The notes beneath the pieces are model-generated. The model saw only the letters and a list, made by a program, of their open reading frames with translations. It had not been told where the DNA came from and ran no database searches. The position numbers and the translations under genes are program-made. Below are positions 1-8,663 of a DNA stretch of 25,564 nt, piece after piece. This DNA comes from a virus (Duplodnaviria > Caudoviricetes): IMG/VR virus record IMGVR_UViG_3300032321_001149, positions 1 through 25,564 of that record; one strand, given 5' to 3'. Each line of letters begins with the position of its first letter. Position 1 is the first letter of the stretch.

Positions 1-13
1 GCTCTTCCGATCT
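1..13 (+). other. Illumina adapter remnant (GCTCTTCCGATCT), not biological
   Basis: Exact match to the 3' 13 nt shared by Illumina TruSeq adapters/read primers, at the very start of the window. Confidence 0.9.
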
Positions 14-256
14 GATGATGTTGAAAAAGCAGGTGAACACCTGATGTTTGATAAAGCATGGGATTACATTAAAAATATAAAATTAGATAATCCATTTCAT
101 GTCGAATGTATAGGTAAAAAAGCATCAGTTGAGTTTTTATCTAATTTAAATATAGCTATGGCGTTTTATGAACCATTAGAAGAATATGAAAAATGTGCTT
201 TATTAAAAAATATTGAAAATAAAATTAAAGAATTTAAATTCGAACTTGGCAGCTAG
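14..256 (+). CDS. 5'-truncated hypothetical protein with a C-terminal UVR (UvrB/UvrC)-like motif
   Basis: The frame of ORF 44..256 is open back to the adapter (DDVEKAGEHL-M). EEYEKCALLK resembles the UVR E-x-Y-E-x-A-A-x-L-R motif. Confidence 0.55.
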   Translation, partial: DDVEKAGEHLMFDKAWDYIKNIKLDNPFHVECIGKKASVEFLSNLNIAMAFYEPLEEYEKCALLKNIENKIKEFKFELGS

Positions 257-274
257 ATTTTTTGAACGTATGCT
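243..274 (+). promoter_or_regulatory. Class I (early/middle-like) bipartite promoter AACTTGG-N17-CGTATGCT
   Basis: Same two boxes with identical 17-nt spacer at 1227-1258 and 19309-19340; lies upstream of ORF 364. Confidence 0.65.
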
Positions 275-363
275 TAGATTACGGGTTTTGAAGAAATGAT
301 AAATAGGAAAAGAGAGAATGTGTGATGAATACCGGGGTTATAAATTAAAAAACAAATAAACAT

Positions 364-558
364 ATGAGAAACAGAGAAGCAGTATTAAGGAAAATGGATA
401 GTGTAGAGTCCAACTTAACTAAATTATCATTTACACTTAATCAAGGTGATCGTAACGGAAGTCATGAAATTATCGAAAATATCAGAGAACAAGTAGAACA
501 ATTAAAATTGTATATTGAATCTGAACCATTATCAGGAAGTGAATTAAATCAAGGTTAA
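364..558 (+). CDS. Small hypothetical coiled-coil protein (64 aa)
   Basis: ORF with A-rich translation initiation region; helical heptad pattern. Confidence 0.7.
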   Translation: MRNREAVLRKMDSVESNLTKLSFTLNQGDRNGSHEIIENIREQVEQLKLYIESEPLSGSELNQG

Positions 559-575
559 TCTTAAAAATAAAAGTT

Positions 576-1364
576 ATGAAATTGACAGCTGAACAAATCC
601 AGGATAACTGGATCCAATTTATAGGATATATTGATACCTATATTTCAGAACCTAGAGCATCTAAATTAAAGGAATTCTATGACAAGTATTCTGAACGAAT
701 CATTATGATGCCAGCGGCACATAAGAAAGAATATCATAACGCCTTCCCAGGTGGATACGTTGAGCATGTTAATCGTGTTATTGATGCTGCACTTAAAATT
801 AATTCAGTGTGGGTTGAATTCGGAGTTGAACAAAATTATACTATTGAAGAATTAGTATTCTCAGCTATGAATCATGATTTAGGTAAAATGGGTGATGAAG
901 AAAATGAATCATATATCCCTCAGACTGATCAATGGCGTAAAGATAAATTAGGTGAAGATTATACATTTAATACTAAACTTGAATTTATGTCAGTACCAGA
1001 TAGAGGCTTATTTCTATTAAATTCACATGGTATTAGTTATACTAAAAACGAATGGTTAACTATCAGATTACATGATGGATTATATGATGAAGCAAATAAA
1101 CCATATCTTTTATCTTGGGCTCCAGAAACTAAAGTTAGAACAGCATTAATACATATTGTACATCAGGCCGATTTTTTAGCTGCTAAAGTGGAGTTCGAAC
1201 GCGAATGGTTTCCTAAATTTAAGAGTAACTTGGCTGGTACAGGGAAGGGTAGTACATTAACTAGCAATCAACCAACTAAAAAAGCTCCAATCAAAACAAA
1301 AGCATTAGGTAATATTCAAAGTGAAGGCCTAAAGAATGTAATGGATGGATTTTTTAACACTTAA
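576..1364 (+). CDS. HD-domain metal-dependent phosphohydrolase (YhaM/Cbf1-like HD region)
   Basis: PAAHKKEYHNAFPGGYVEH ... HDLGK ... IRLHDG ... HQAD motifs. Confidence 0.85.
   Translation: MKLTAEQIQDNWIQFIGYIDTYISEPRASKLKEFYDKYSERIIMMPAAHKKEYHNAFPGGYVEHVNRVIDAALKINSVWVEFGVEQNYTIEELVFSAMNHDLGKMGDEENESYIPQTDQWRKDKLGEDYTFNTKLEFMSVPDRGLFLLNSHGISYTKNEWLTIRLHDGLYDEANKPYLLSWAPETKVRTALIHIVHQADFLAAKVEFEREWFPKFKSNLAGTGKGSTLTSNQPTKKAPIKTKALGNIQSEGLKNVMDGFFNT
1227..1258 (+). promoter_or_regulatory. Class I promoter inside the 3' end of the HD gene, AACTTGG-N17-AGTACATT
   Basis: Matches the motif at 243-274 and 19309-19340 with exact spacing; falls in the low-complexity C-terminal tail of the HD protein. 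Confidence 0.55.
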
Positions 1365-1383
1365 TTAACTAACAATTAAACTT

Positions 1384-1415
1384 AAAGGTTGTGATTAATT
1401 TCACGACCTTTTTTT
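1384..1415 (+). terminator. Intrinsic (Rho-independent) terminator
   Basis: Stem AAAGGTTGTGA (1384-1394) / TCACGACCTTT (1401-1411) with one G-U pair, 6-nt loop, and a T7 tract at 1409-1415. Confidence 0.85.
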
Positions 1416-1425
1416 ATTTAAAACC

Positions 1426-1695
1426 ATGGTAGCAACAATTATTATTTTATCAATTTTTGTATTAGTATTAGGATTTACTAGTTACAACTTACTTAAGAAA
1501 AACGAAAAATGTGAAGACATAATTAAATCATATGAAGATTATATGATCAATTTATCTACAACAATCTCAGAATCAGATGAAAAATTAAAAAAAGTCGATT
1601 CTAAAGGTACATTTGAAGGCGATGATGAAGTAGGTTTTTTCTTTAAATTCTTATTATCATTACAAGAACAACTAAACAACTTCAAAGTTAAATAA
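1426..1695 (+). CDS. Small membrane-anchored protein (N-terminal TM helix + coiled coil)
   Basis: Hydrophobic MVATIIILSIFVLVLGFTSY followed by KK, a coiled coil and GTFEGDDEVGFFF. Confidence 0.75.
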   Translation: MVATIIILSIFVLVLGFTSYNLLKKNEKCEDIIKSYEDYMINLSTTISESDEKLKKVDSKGTFEGDDEVGFFFKFLLSLQEQLNNFKVK

Positions 1696-1699
1696 AAAT

Positions 1700-2407
1700 A
1701 TGTCTAAGAACTATTTCACCCAGGAAACTGAAGATGCTATCGTAGCATACAATACTAGTACCGATTTTGAAGAAAAAAGTAAAATATATGAGACTAAAAT
1801 CCATTATGCTTTTTTTAAATTAACTCAAAACATCATTCACACATTTAAGTTTTACTACACTGAAGTAGACAATATTGAGGACTTACAACATGAAGTAATT
1901 ACATTTCTTTTATCTAAAATACATAAGTTTGACCCGTCTAGAGGTGCGAAAGCATATTCATATTTCGGGACTATTGTTAAACGATGGTTAATTTTATATA
2001 ACGAAACTAACTACAAAAAGCGCGTTAAATCGACTCCAATAGCGACAATCGAAGAAGACGGCAACCATTCTTATGTCATTGAAGAAAACAATAATATGGC
2101 TGTTAACAAATTATCTCAAAATGATAAGTTATCGCTGTTTATAGACTTATATGTCGAATATTGTACGTCAAATATTTATAATTTATTTCCAAAGGAAATG
2201 GATGCTAAAATAGCTGATGCGATTCTTGAGCTATTCAGAAAGCGAGAGAATTTAGATGTATTTAATAAAAAGGCACTATACATATATATTAGAGAAATGA
2301 TAGACGTGAAAACGCCTAAAATTACTAAGATAGCTGACAGATTATATGATGTGTATAAAAAAGGTTACATATTTTATTTAGAAAACGGATACATAAAGTT
2401 TCAATAG
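1700..2407 (+). CDS. Phage RNA polymerase sigma factor, T4 gp55-like (late transcription)
   Basis: Sigma region-2-like EDLQHEVITFLLSKIHKFDPSRGAKAYSYFGTIVKRWLI, comparable to the gp55 FDP...AYFT motif; directly precedes the structural operon. Confidence 0.75.
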   Translation: MSKNYFTQETEDAIVAYNTSTDFEEKSKIYETKIHYAFFKLTQNIIHTFKFYYTEVDNIEDLQHEVITFLLSKIHKFDPSRGAKAYSYFGTIVKRWLILYNETNYKKRVKSTPIATIEEDGNHSYVIEENNNMAVNKLSQNDKLSLFIDLYVEYCTSNIYNLFPKEMDAKIADAILELFRKRENLDVFNKKALYIYIREMIDVKTPKITKIADRLYDVYKKGYIFYLENGYIKFQ

Positions 2408-2410
2408 TTC

Positions 2411-2419
2411 ATATTTATA
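2411..2419 (+). promoter_or_regulatory. Class II (late-like) motif ATATTTATA
   Basis: Intergenic, 22 nt before ORF 2442; recurs at four other gene junctions. Confidence 0.65.
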
Positions 2420-2441
2420 ATAAATAAATACCAATAAAATT

Positions 2442-2786
2442 ATGAGTAGTTTAGATTCCGACATATTTGGTGACAAAAAACTTAAGGATCTTTTTCAAGA
2501 GATATATAACAATCAAAAGAAAAAGGAAAAACAAATATCCTCATTAATTGATGAGTTAAAACCAATGATTGAAAGTATTGGTGATGCTACATTAGTAGTT
2601 CCTTTACTTAAAGAATATTTAGAAATAGGTGTTAAGAATGATGAGCAATTAATTAAGATGGCTACTATCATTCAACGTTGTTTAACTACTACAAATAGTG
2701 GTGGTACTGGAGATGGTTTTACCATTTCAGATGCCGAAAAAGAGCAACTATTAAATGATATAAATAAAATAAACGAAACTAAGTAA
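2442..2786 (+). CDS. Helical hypothetical protein (possible terminase small subunit-like)
   Basis: 114-aa all-helical protein with Gly-rich linker and short terminal helix; first gene after the late motif. The TerS idea is only an architectural guess. Confidence 0.4.
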   Translation: MSSLDSDIFGDKKLKDLFQEIYNNQKKKEKQISSLIDELKPMIESIGDATLVVPLLKEYLEIGVKNDEQLIKMATIIQRCLTTTNSGGTGDGFTISDAEKEQLLNDINKINETK

Positions 2787-4057
2787 TGGATTATGGATTT
2801 AGTGGTTTAAATAGAAATTTAAATTCAAATAGAAATAATAATTTCAATACTAATACTGCTCTTAGCACCGCTAATTTAATTACAGCTGTTAGGGTAGTTA
2901 GTATCATATTAGATGAAAATCACCCACGATTTAAAGAATTAGGTGGATGGAATTCATTAGGTACTATAGAATATGAATTAGTAACAAATCCAACAACAAC
3001 TTACCCATTACCTATAGCATTTTCTCTTAATTCTAATATTAAAAATTATCCATTAATAAATGAGGTAGTTTATTTAATTTCCCTTCCAGATACAGAGATT
3101 GGAGAAACAACTACTTCCTTAAAATCATATTATATTAATATAGTAAGTTTATGGAATCACCCACACCATAATGCTTATCCTGCTAATCCTAATAATCCAC
3201 CCCCATCACAAAAAAAAGATTATATTGAAACTCAAGCAGGTAGTGTTAGACAAGTTACAGATCAATCAACTGAAATAAATTTAGGTAAAACATTTATAGA
3301 AAGACCTAATATCCATCCTTTATTACCTTTTGAAGGTGATTTTATATCTGAAGGTAGATGGGGGAATTCAATACGTTTAGGTAGTACAGTTAGATATAAT
3401 CCAAATACATGGTCTTCATCAGGAACAAATGGAGATCCTATTACTATTCTTAGGAATGGGCAAGGAGAACAAACCGAACAAGGATGGATACCAACCACTG
3501 AAGATATTAATAACGATGAATCTTCTATTTACTTAACTAGTAACCAAATTATACCTTTAAAAGCAGAAAGTACTAGTTATGTTAGTTATGAAGGCTCAGG
3601 ATATGAAGCTCCATCTACACCTAATGCTTTTAATGGTAATCAAATAATATTAAACTCAGGGAGATTAGTATTTAGCTCTACATATGATCATATATTACTA
3701 AGTTCAGCAAAATCAGTTAATTTAAATGCTAAAGCATCTGTTAATATAGATACTGATAAATTTATAGTTCAATCTAATAATACCTATTTAGGTAATATAA
3801 AATTAGCAACTGAACCATTAATGTTAGGTAAAAAAACAACAGATCTATTAAGAGATTTAGTTAATAAACTTACTCCATTAGTGAAAGCTCTTCAATCAAT
3901 TCAAACTGCTCCTGCTGTACCTTTTACTCCAGTTGTATTTTTAAATTTAATAGAACCAACAACTAATTTATTAATTATATTAAATTCTTTAAATACTGAA
4001 TTAGGAGCTTCTTCAAAAAATTGTACTCTAATTTCTAAAAATAACTTTACAGTATAA
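2786..4057 (+). CDS. Baseplate central spike/hub protein, gp5/gpV/VgrG-like
   Basis: OB-fold-like N-terminus (IKNYPLINEVVYLI), GDFISEGRWGNSIRLG, beta-helix-like run QIILNSGRLVFSS..ILLSSAKSVNLNA..VNIDT, and EPLMLG; upstream of gp25/gp6. Confidence 0.65.
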   Translation: MDYGFSGLNRNLNSNRNNNFNTNTALSTANLITAVRVVSIILDENHPRFKELGGWNSLGTIEYELVTNPTTTYPLPIAFSLNSNIKNYPLINEVVYLISLPDTEIGETTTSLKSYYINIVSLWNHPHHNAYPANPNNPPPSQKKDYIETQAGSVRQVTDQSTEINLGKTFIERPNIHPLLPFEGDFISEGRWGNSIRLGSTVRYNPNTWSSSGTNGDPITILRNGQGEQTEQGWIPTTEDINNDESSIYLTSNQIIPLKAESTSYVSYEGSGYEAPSTPNAFNGNQIILNSGRLVFSSTYDHILLSSAKSVNLNAKASVNIDTDKFIVQSNNTYLGNIKLATEPLMLGKKTTDLLRDLVNKLTPLVKALQSIQTAPAVPFTPVVFLNLIEPTTNLLIILNSLNTELGASSKNCTLISKNNFTV

Positions 4058-4059
4058 AG

Positions 4060-5160
4060 ATGGCTAACGAGACAAAAGAAGAAATACTAAAAAGTGAAAA
4101 GGCTAAAGCTAATAGATTTGCTATTAATAACCCAGAAATAGATCTTACTGCAAAAGTAACATTAAATAGAGATCCTTATTTAATTCCTGATGGAATAAAT
4201 ACTGCGGGTTGGAGTTACTTTCAACGATATTTACAACAATTATATAAAGATTATCCTGAAAAATTACAAGAACTAAACACTAATGAAGGATTTAAATTTA
4301 GTCAACAGATAATAAATGATTTTAATCAAAAATATATTATCAATGTGGGTGATACTTATGATACGTGGAAAGTATATCAAAATGGGAATAAAGAACGTAT
4401 AACAATAGGTAGACAAAATATTATATCTTTTAGATTTTTGGATAGATTTCCAAATGGTTTAATAGATATAGCTACTGTTAAAGCAGCTCAAAATTATCAC
4501 TTAATAACAAGTTTTTCAGGAGTAAATAGAGTATTAGTAGATGGATGGGTAGGTAGTCAAACTTCCCAATTAGTATATCCTGGAAGAAACCTTTTTTACT
4601 TAGCATATTCAGATGAATTAGATATAAATGAAAAACCATTAGGTGTACTTACTAAAGATGGCACTGTATCAGTTAGACCCCAATATAAATCAGGTTTAAT
4701 CCCGGCAATTTGGGGTAATAGAAGATTTGTAGTAGATGCTAGAGTTGTAGATCAATATGTTAATAATGTAGAAACAGGAGTACTTGCTCGCCCAATCCCT
4801 GAAAAAATAGGAGACTCAGGAACGGGACTAATCCCATTTGAATATTTTATTCCTTATGAACCTTCATTACATGATGCTACTTTACAATTTAAAGATCAAG
4901 TAAAATTCCCAGGCTCTCCCACCCCAGGTGATTGGGAAAAAATAGGACAAGAAACTATAGTATATAAAGATTCTACAAAAATAAATGCATTTATAAAAGA
5001 ACAACAATTAAAAGATAAAAAACTTAGATATGTCTCAGATGTTAAACAAACTATTACATCATCTAAAGAAGATCTTGCAAAACAAAAATCACTTAAAGCA
5101 AAAGCATATCAAGATTCATTAGCAAGAAGTAAAGAATTAGCTAAATTATACGCAAAATAA
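4060..5160 (+). CDS. Hypothetical protein with peptidoglycan-binding-like motif
   Basis: ATVKAAQ...VDGWVGSQTSQL resembles the PG_binding_1 signature (AVK.FQ...VDG.VG..T...L). Confidence 0.5.
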   Translation: MANETKEEILKSEKAKANRFAINNPEIDLTAKVTLNRDPYLIPDGINTAGWSYFQRYLQQLYKDYPEKLQELNTNEGFKFSQQIINDFNQKYIINVGDTYDTWKVYQNGNKERITIGRQNIISFRFLDRFPNGLIDIATVKAAQNYHLITSFSGVNRVLVDGWVGSQTSQLVYPGRNLFYLAYSDELDINEKPLGVLTKDGTVSVRPQYKSGLIPAIWGNRRFVVDARVVDQYVNNVETGVLARPIPEKIGDSGTGLIPFEYFIPYEPSLHDATLQFKDQVKFPGSPTPGDWEKIGQETIVYKDSTKINAFIKEQQLKDKKLRYVSDVKQTITSSKEDLAKQKSLKAKAYQDSLARSKELAKLYAK

Positions 5161-6010
5161 TGGCATTACAAGATAAAATACCTATATTACTGGCAAATAA
5201 AACACAAGAATTAGTTGAATTTGTGGTACCTGCTATAGTAAATTTAGCATTCCAAATTGGTATGGAAAAGTTAGATGAAGTAACTGGTGAAATTGTTTAC
5301 CTACAGCTTGTTTACCCGCAGTTGAATTACAAAAAGTATTAAATGTAAGAAATAATATAGTAAGTAAATTAAACTCAGTTTCAACTTCAATCGAAATATT
5401 ATTAAAACCTCTTAATACTTTAAATACCGTTGTAAACATAACAACTAAATCACTTCAAACTTTAGATATAGCAATATTAGCTGCTGAATTAGCAATCCCA
5501 TTATTACCTACATCATTACCAGGAACACCAAGTCCATCAGGTATTGCATTAACGGTTTTATCTAAAGTAAAAGATTTTAAAACACCCGCAACTAATAAAT
5601 TAAATACTGCAAAAAATGGCATTAATTCAATAACCTCAGCTGTAAGTTACGTTAATTTAATTTTAAGTCAAATTATAAGTTTATTAAATTCAATAGATAA
5701 GTATTTAATAGCGTGTAAAGCCCCATCTACTGATAATAAAATAACTCCATTAGATCCATATTTACTTAAAGTTGAACAAGATGCTAATAAAGTTGAAACG
5801 GCTCCTGAAAAAAATCAATTATATCAAGGATTCCTATTAGAAATTATTACTGAACCATATTCACCTACCGTAAATAGAATAAAAGCAGTGGCCAGGAATA
5901 AAGATGGTATTATATTACTACAAACACCATTATCATTTACCACTAATAATCAAGTACTATTTGCAGAACTTAAACTAATAATTGATAAAAATAATTTAAA
6001 AGCTAATTAA
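5160..6010 (+). CDS. Hypothetical baseplate-region protein (~283 aa) interrupted by a -1 frameshift near 5296-5336
   Basis: The start frame stops at 5342, but the -1 frame is open from 5291 to TAA 6008-6010 (LPTACLPAVELQKVLNVRNN...YQGFLLEIITEPYSPTVNRIKAVARNKDGIILLQTPLSF...NNLKAN) and has no in-frame ATG. Confidence 0.8.
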
Positions 6011-6014
6011 TTTA

Positions 6015-6023
6015 ATATTTATA
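6015..6023 (+). promoter_or_regulatory. Class II (late-like) motif ATATTTATA
   Basis: In the 17-nt gap before ORF 6028. Confidence 0.6.
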
Positions 6024-6027
6024 ACAA

Positions 6028-6393
6028 ATGAAACAAAACGAATTAAAAGATTTAATCAAAATTGCCGTAAGAGAGGCAATCCAAGAAGAACTAAAAGACA
6101 TTCTTTTAGAAGCAATTAAATCTAATAAACAACCAATTAACGAATCTTACCAAGTAGGCGCAGATAGAACATTAAGATTTAATAGTTCAAACGTTCCTAC
6201 ACAACCTTTAGTTACAGCTACTAATCCAAGACAATCATACATGGATATATTAGCTGAGATGTCACAACCACAACCATCAGGATTTGAAGGTGATTTTAAA
6301 GTATCTGGTGAAATGAATACAATGTCTGAAGGTAGCGCATTACCTGGTGGACAACTTGGCTTAGACCAAATAATGAATTTAATTAAAAAATAA
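6028..6393 (+). CDS. Hypothetical protein (121 aa), N-terminal amphipathic helix with several hydrophobic-x-E motifs
   Basis: MKQNELKDLIKIAVREAIQEELKDILLEA..PINE; translationally coupled (TAATG) to the gp25-like gene. Confidence 0.7.
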   Translation: MKQNELKDLIKIAVREAIQEELKDILLEAIKSNKQPINESYQVGADRTLRFNSSNVPTQPLVTATNPRQSYMDILAEMSQPQPSGFEGDFKVSGEMNTMSEGSALPGGQLGLDQIMNLIKK

Positions 6394-6800
6394 TGGCATT
6401 CGGAGCAAAGAAAATATTCCCAATTGATACTAAGCCTGGAACGGCTGTAGGGGTATCTATTCCTTTTAATGCTCCAAATGTGTTTTTTCAAACATATACT
6501 ACCCAAGATGCTATACGAAATAATTTATTAAATTTCTTTTTAACAAATCAAACAGAAAGATATTTAAATAATCAATTTGGAGCAAATTTAAGAGCATTCA
6601 TATTCGAACAAATATCTTCAGATAATATAAGTTTTTTAAAAGAAAATATTCAATCATTAATAAGTAAATATTTTAATAATATAAAAGTAGAAAAACTAGA
6701 TGTATTAGAATATCCTGACAACAATGAAATAAACGTTCAATTAACATATAGTATAATTAATACTGGTATAACAGATCAAGTTCAAATATCATTCACATAA
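6393..6800 (+). CDS. Baseplate wedge subunit, T4 gp25/P2 gpW-like
   Basis: 135 aa; AIRNNLLNFFLTNQTERYLNNQFGANLRAFIFE matches the gp25 pattern (I..LL.T..GER...P.FG..L...LFE); precedes gp6-like gene. Confidence 0.88.
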   Translation: MAFGAKKIFPIDTKPGTAVGVSIPFNAPNVFFQTYTTQDAIRNNLLNFFLTNQTERYLNNQFGANLRAFIFEQISSDNISFLKENIQSLISKYFNNIKVEKLDVLEYPDNNEINVQLTYSIINTGITDQVQISFT

Positions 6801-8650
6801 TGGCTGTAAATAAAAATATAAAATACATAAATAAAGATTTTAATGAGTTTAGATCTAGTCTAATTGACTATTCTAAAACATATTTCCCTACAACATATAA
6901 CGATTTCAGTCCAGCATCACCAGGAATGATGTTTATGGAAATGGCGGCATATGTAGGTGACGTTTTATCATTTTATTTAGATAATCAAGTACAAGAAAAT
7001 TACTTACAATTTGCTCGTCAATCAAATAACTTATTTGAATTAGCTTATATGTTTGGTTATAAACCAAATGTAACAGGAGTAGCACTTACTAATATAGATT
7101 TTTATCAAAAAGTTCCATCCAAATTATCTGGATCAACATACGTCCCAGATTTTGATTATACATTATTTGTTAATGGAAATGCTACCGCAACTACAACAGA
7201 TGGAATTTCATTTTTAATTACTGACCCAGTAGATTTCTCAGTATCTAGTTCAAATAATCCTACTGAAATTTCTATATATGAAATATCAGGAGGAAATCCA
7301 ACATATTTCTTATTAAAGAAAACACGTAAAGCTATATCTTCTACAATCAATACTAAAACGTTTTCATTTGGTTCTCCAGTTAAATTTTCAACAGTTGAAA
7401 TAAATGCTACAAATATGATAGGTATTTTAGATTGTGTTGATAGTGAAGGAAATACATGGTATGAAGTAGATTATTTAGGGCAAGAAATGGTATTTGATTC
7501 AATTAAAAATACAAATACTAACGATCCAAATTTATCTCAATATAGTGGAGATGCTCCATACTTATTAAAGTTAAAAAAAATACAACATAGATTTGCTTCT
7601 CGCTTTAAAAATTCAAATACACTACAAATCCAATTTGGAGCAGGTACAACTTCCGACTCAGATGAAGTAATTACTCCAAATCCTGATAATGTAGGTATTG
7701 GTTTACCATTCGAACAAACAAAATTAACAACAGCATTTGCTCCATCAAATTTCTTATTTACAGATACTTATGGGATTGCACCTTCAAATACTACTTTAAC
7801 ATTTAGATATTTAACTGGTGGTGGAATTTCATCTAATGTAAATGCTAATAGTTTAACTAAATTAAATGGTACAACTACTTTCTTAAATTCAAATTTAAAT
7901 ACAACCACTGCTAATAATATATTTGCTTCATTAGCTATTACAAATCCTCAAGCTGCAAGTGGTGGAGGAGATGGGGATACAATTGAAGAAATTAGACAAA
8001 ATTCCTCAGCTAACTTTGCTTCTCAATTACGTAATGTAACTCAAGATGATTATTTAGTAAGAGCATTAAGTATGCCTGCTAAATATGGTAATATATCTAA
8101 AGCATATATTGAACCAACTAAAGCACAAAGTATACAAGCCGGTGAAGCTGCAGGTATCTTAGATTTATATGTCTTAACAACTGATATTAATGGTAAATTA
8201 AATACAGCGTCCTCTGGTTTAAAACAAAATTTAATTACTTATCTTTCTTTATATAGAATGATAAATGATGCTATTAATATTAAAGATGGTTTTATAATTA
8301 ATATAGGAGTTAATTTTGATGTTATTATACTTCCAAACTATAATAGTAATGAAGTACTAACAAAATGTATTACAGCATTACAAGGATATTTTGCACTTAA
8401 TAATTGGCAAATAAATCAACCAATTGTGTTAAGAGAACTTTATATTCTTTTAGATAAAATAGAAGGAGTACAAACAATAAAAACAGTAAATATTTCAAAT
8501 AAAGTAGGAACAAATTTAGGATACTCAGCATTTGCATATGATATTCCAGGTGCAACTAAAAATAATGTAGTTTACCCATCAATAGATCCTATGATTTTTG
8601 AAGTAAAATATCCTTCAACAGATATTCAAGGTAGAGTAGTATCATTATAA
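6800..8650 (+). CDS. Baseplate wedge protein, T4 gp6/baseplate J-like
   Basis: KDFNEFRSSLIDY..TYFP.TYNDF...SPGMMFMEMAAYVGDVLSFYLD, LAYMFGYKP, IQFGAG, YLTGGG, GGGDGDTIEEIR, VTQDDY. Confidence 0.9.
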   Translation: MAVNKNIKYINKDFNEFRSSLIDYSKTYFPTTYNDFSPASPGMMFMEMAAYVGDVLSFYLDNQVQENYLQFARQSNNLFELAYMFGYKPNVTGVALTNIDFYQKVPSKLSGSTYVPDFDYTLFVNGNATATTTDGISFLITDPVDFSVSSSNNPTEISIYEISGGNPTYFLLKKTRKAISSTINTKTFSFGSPVKFSTVEINATNMIGILDCVDSEGNTWYEVDYLGQEMVFDSIKNTNTNDPNLSQYSGDAPYLLKLKKIQHRFASRFKNSNTLQIQFGAGTTSDSDEVITPNPDNVGIGLPFEQTKLTTAFAPSNFLFTDTYGIAPSNTTLTFRYLTGGGISSNVNANSLTKLNGTTTFLNSNLNTTTANNIFASLAITNPQAASGGGDGDTIEEIRQNSSANFASQLRNVTQDDYLVRALSMPAKYGNISKAYIEPTKAQSIQAGEAAGILDLYVLTTDINGKLNTASSGLKQNLITYLSLYRMINDAINIKDGFIINIGVNFDVIILPNYNSNEVLTKCITALQGYFALNNWQINQPIVLRELYILLDKIEGVQTIKTVNISNKVGTNLGYSAFAYDIPGATKNNVVYPSIDPMIFEVKYPSTDIQGRVVSL

Positions 8651-8663
8651 ATTAAACTAAACA

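Noticed and set aside
257-363. tRNA or known structured ncRNA in the largest intergenic gap
   Set aside because: No cloverleaf, T-loop motif or convincing stem could be found by eye
2172-2180. Extra ATATTTATA inside the sigma gene
   Set aside because: It is intragenic, and a few chance hits are expected at this AT content; not called as a promoter
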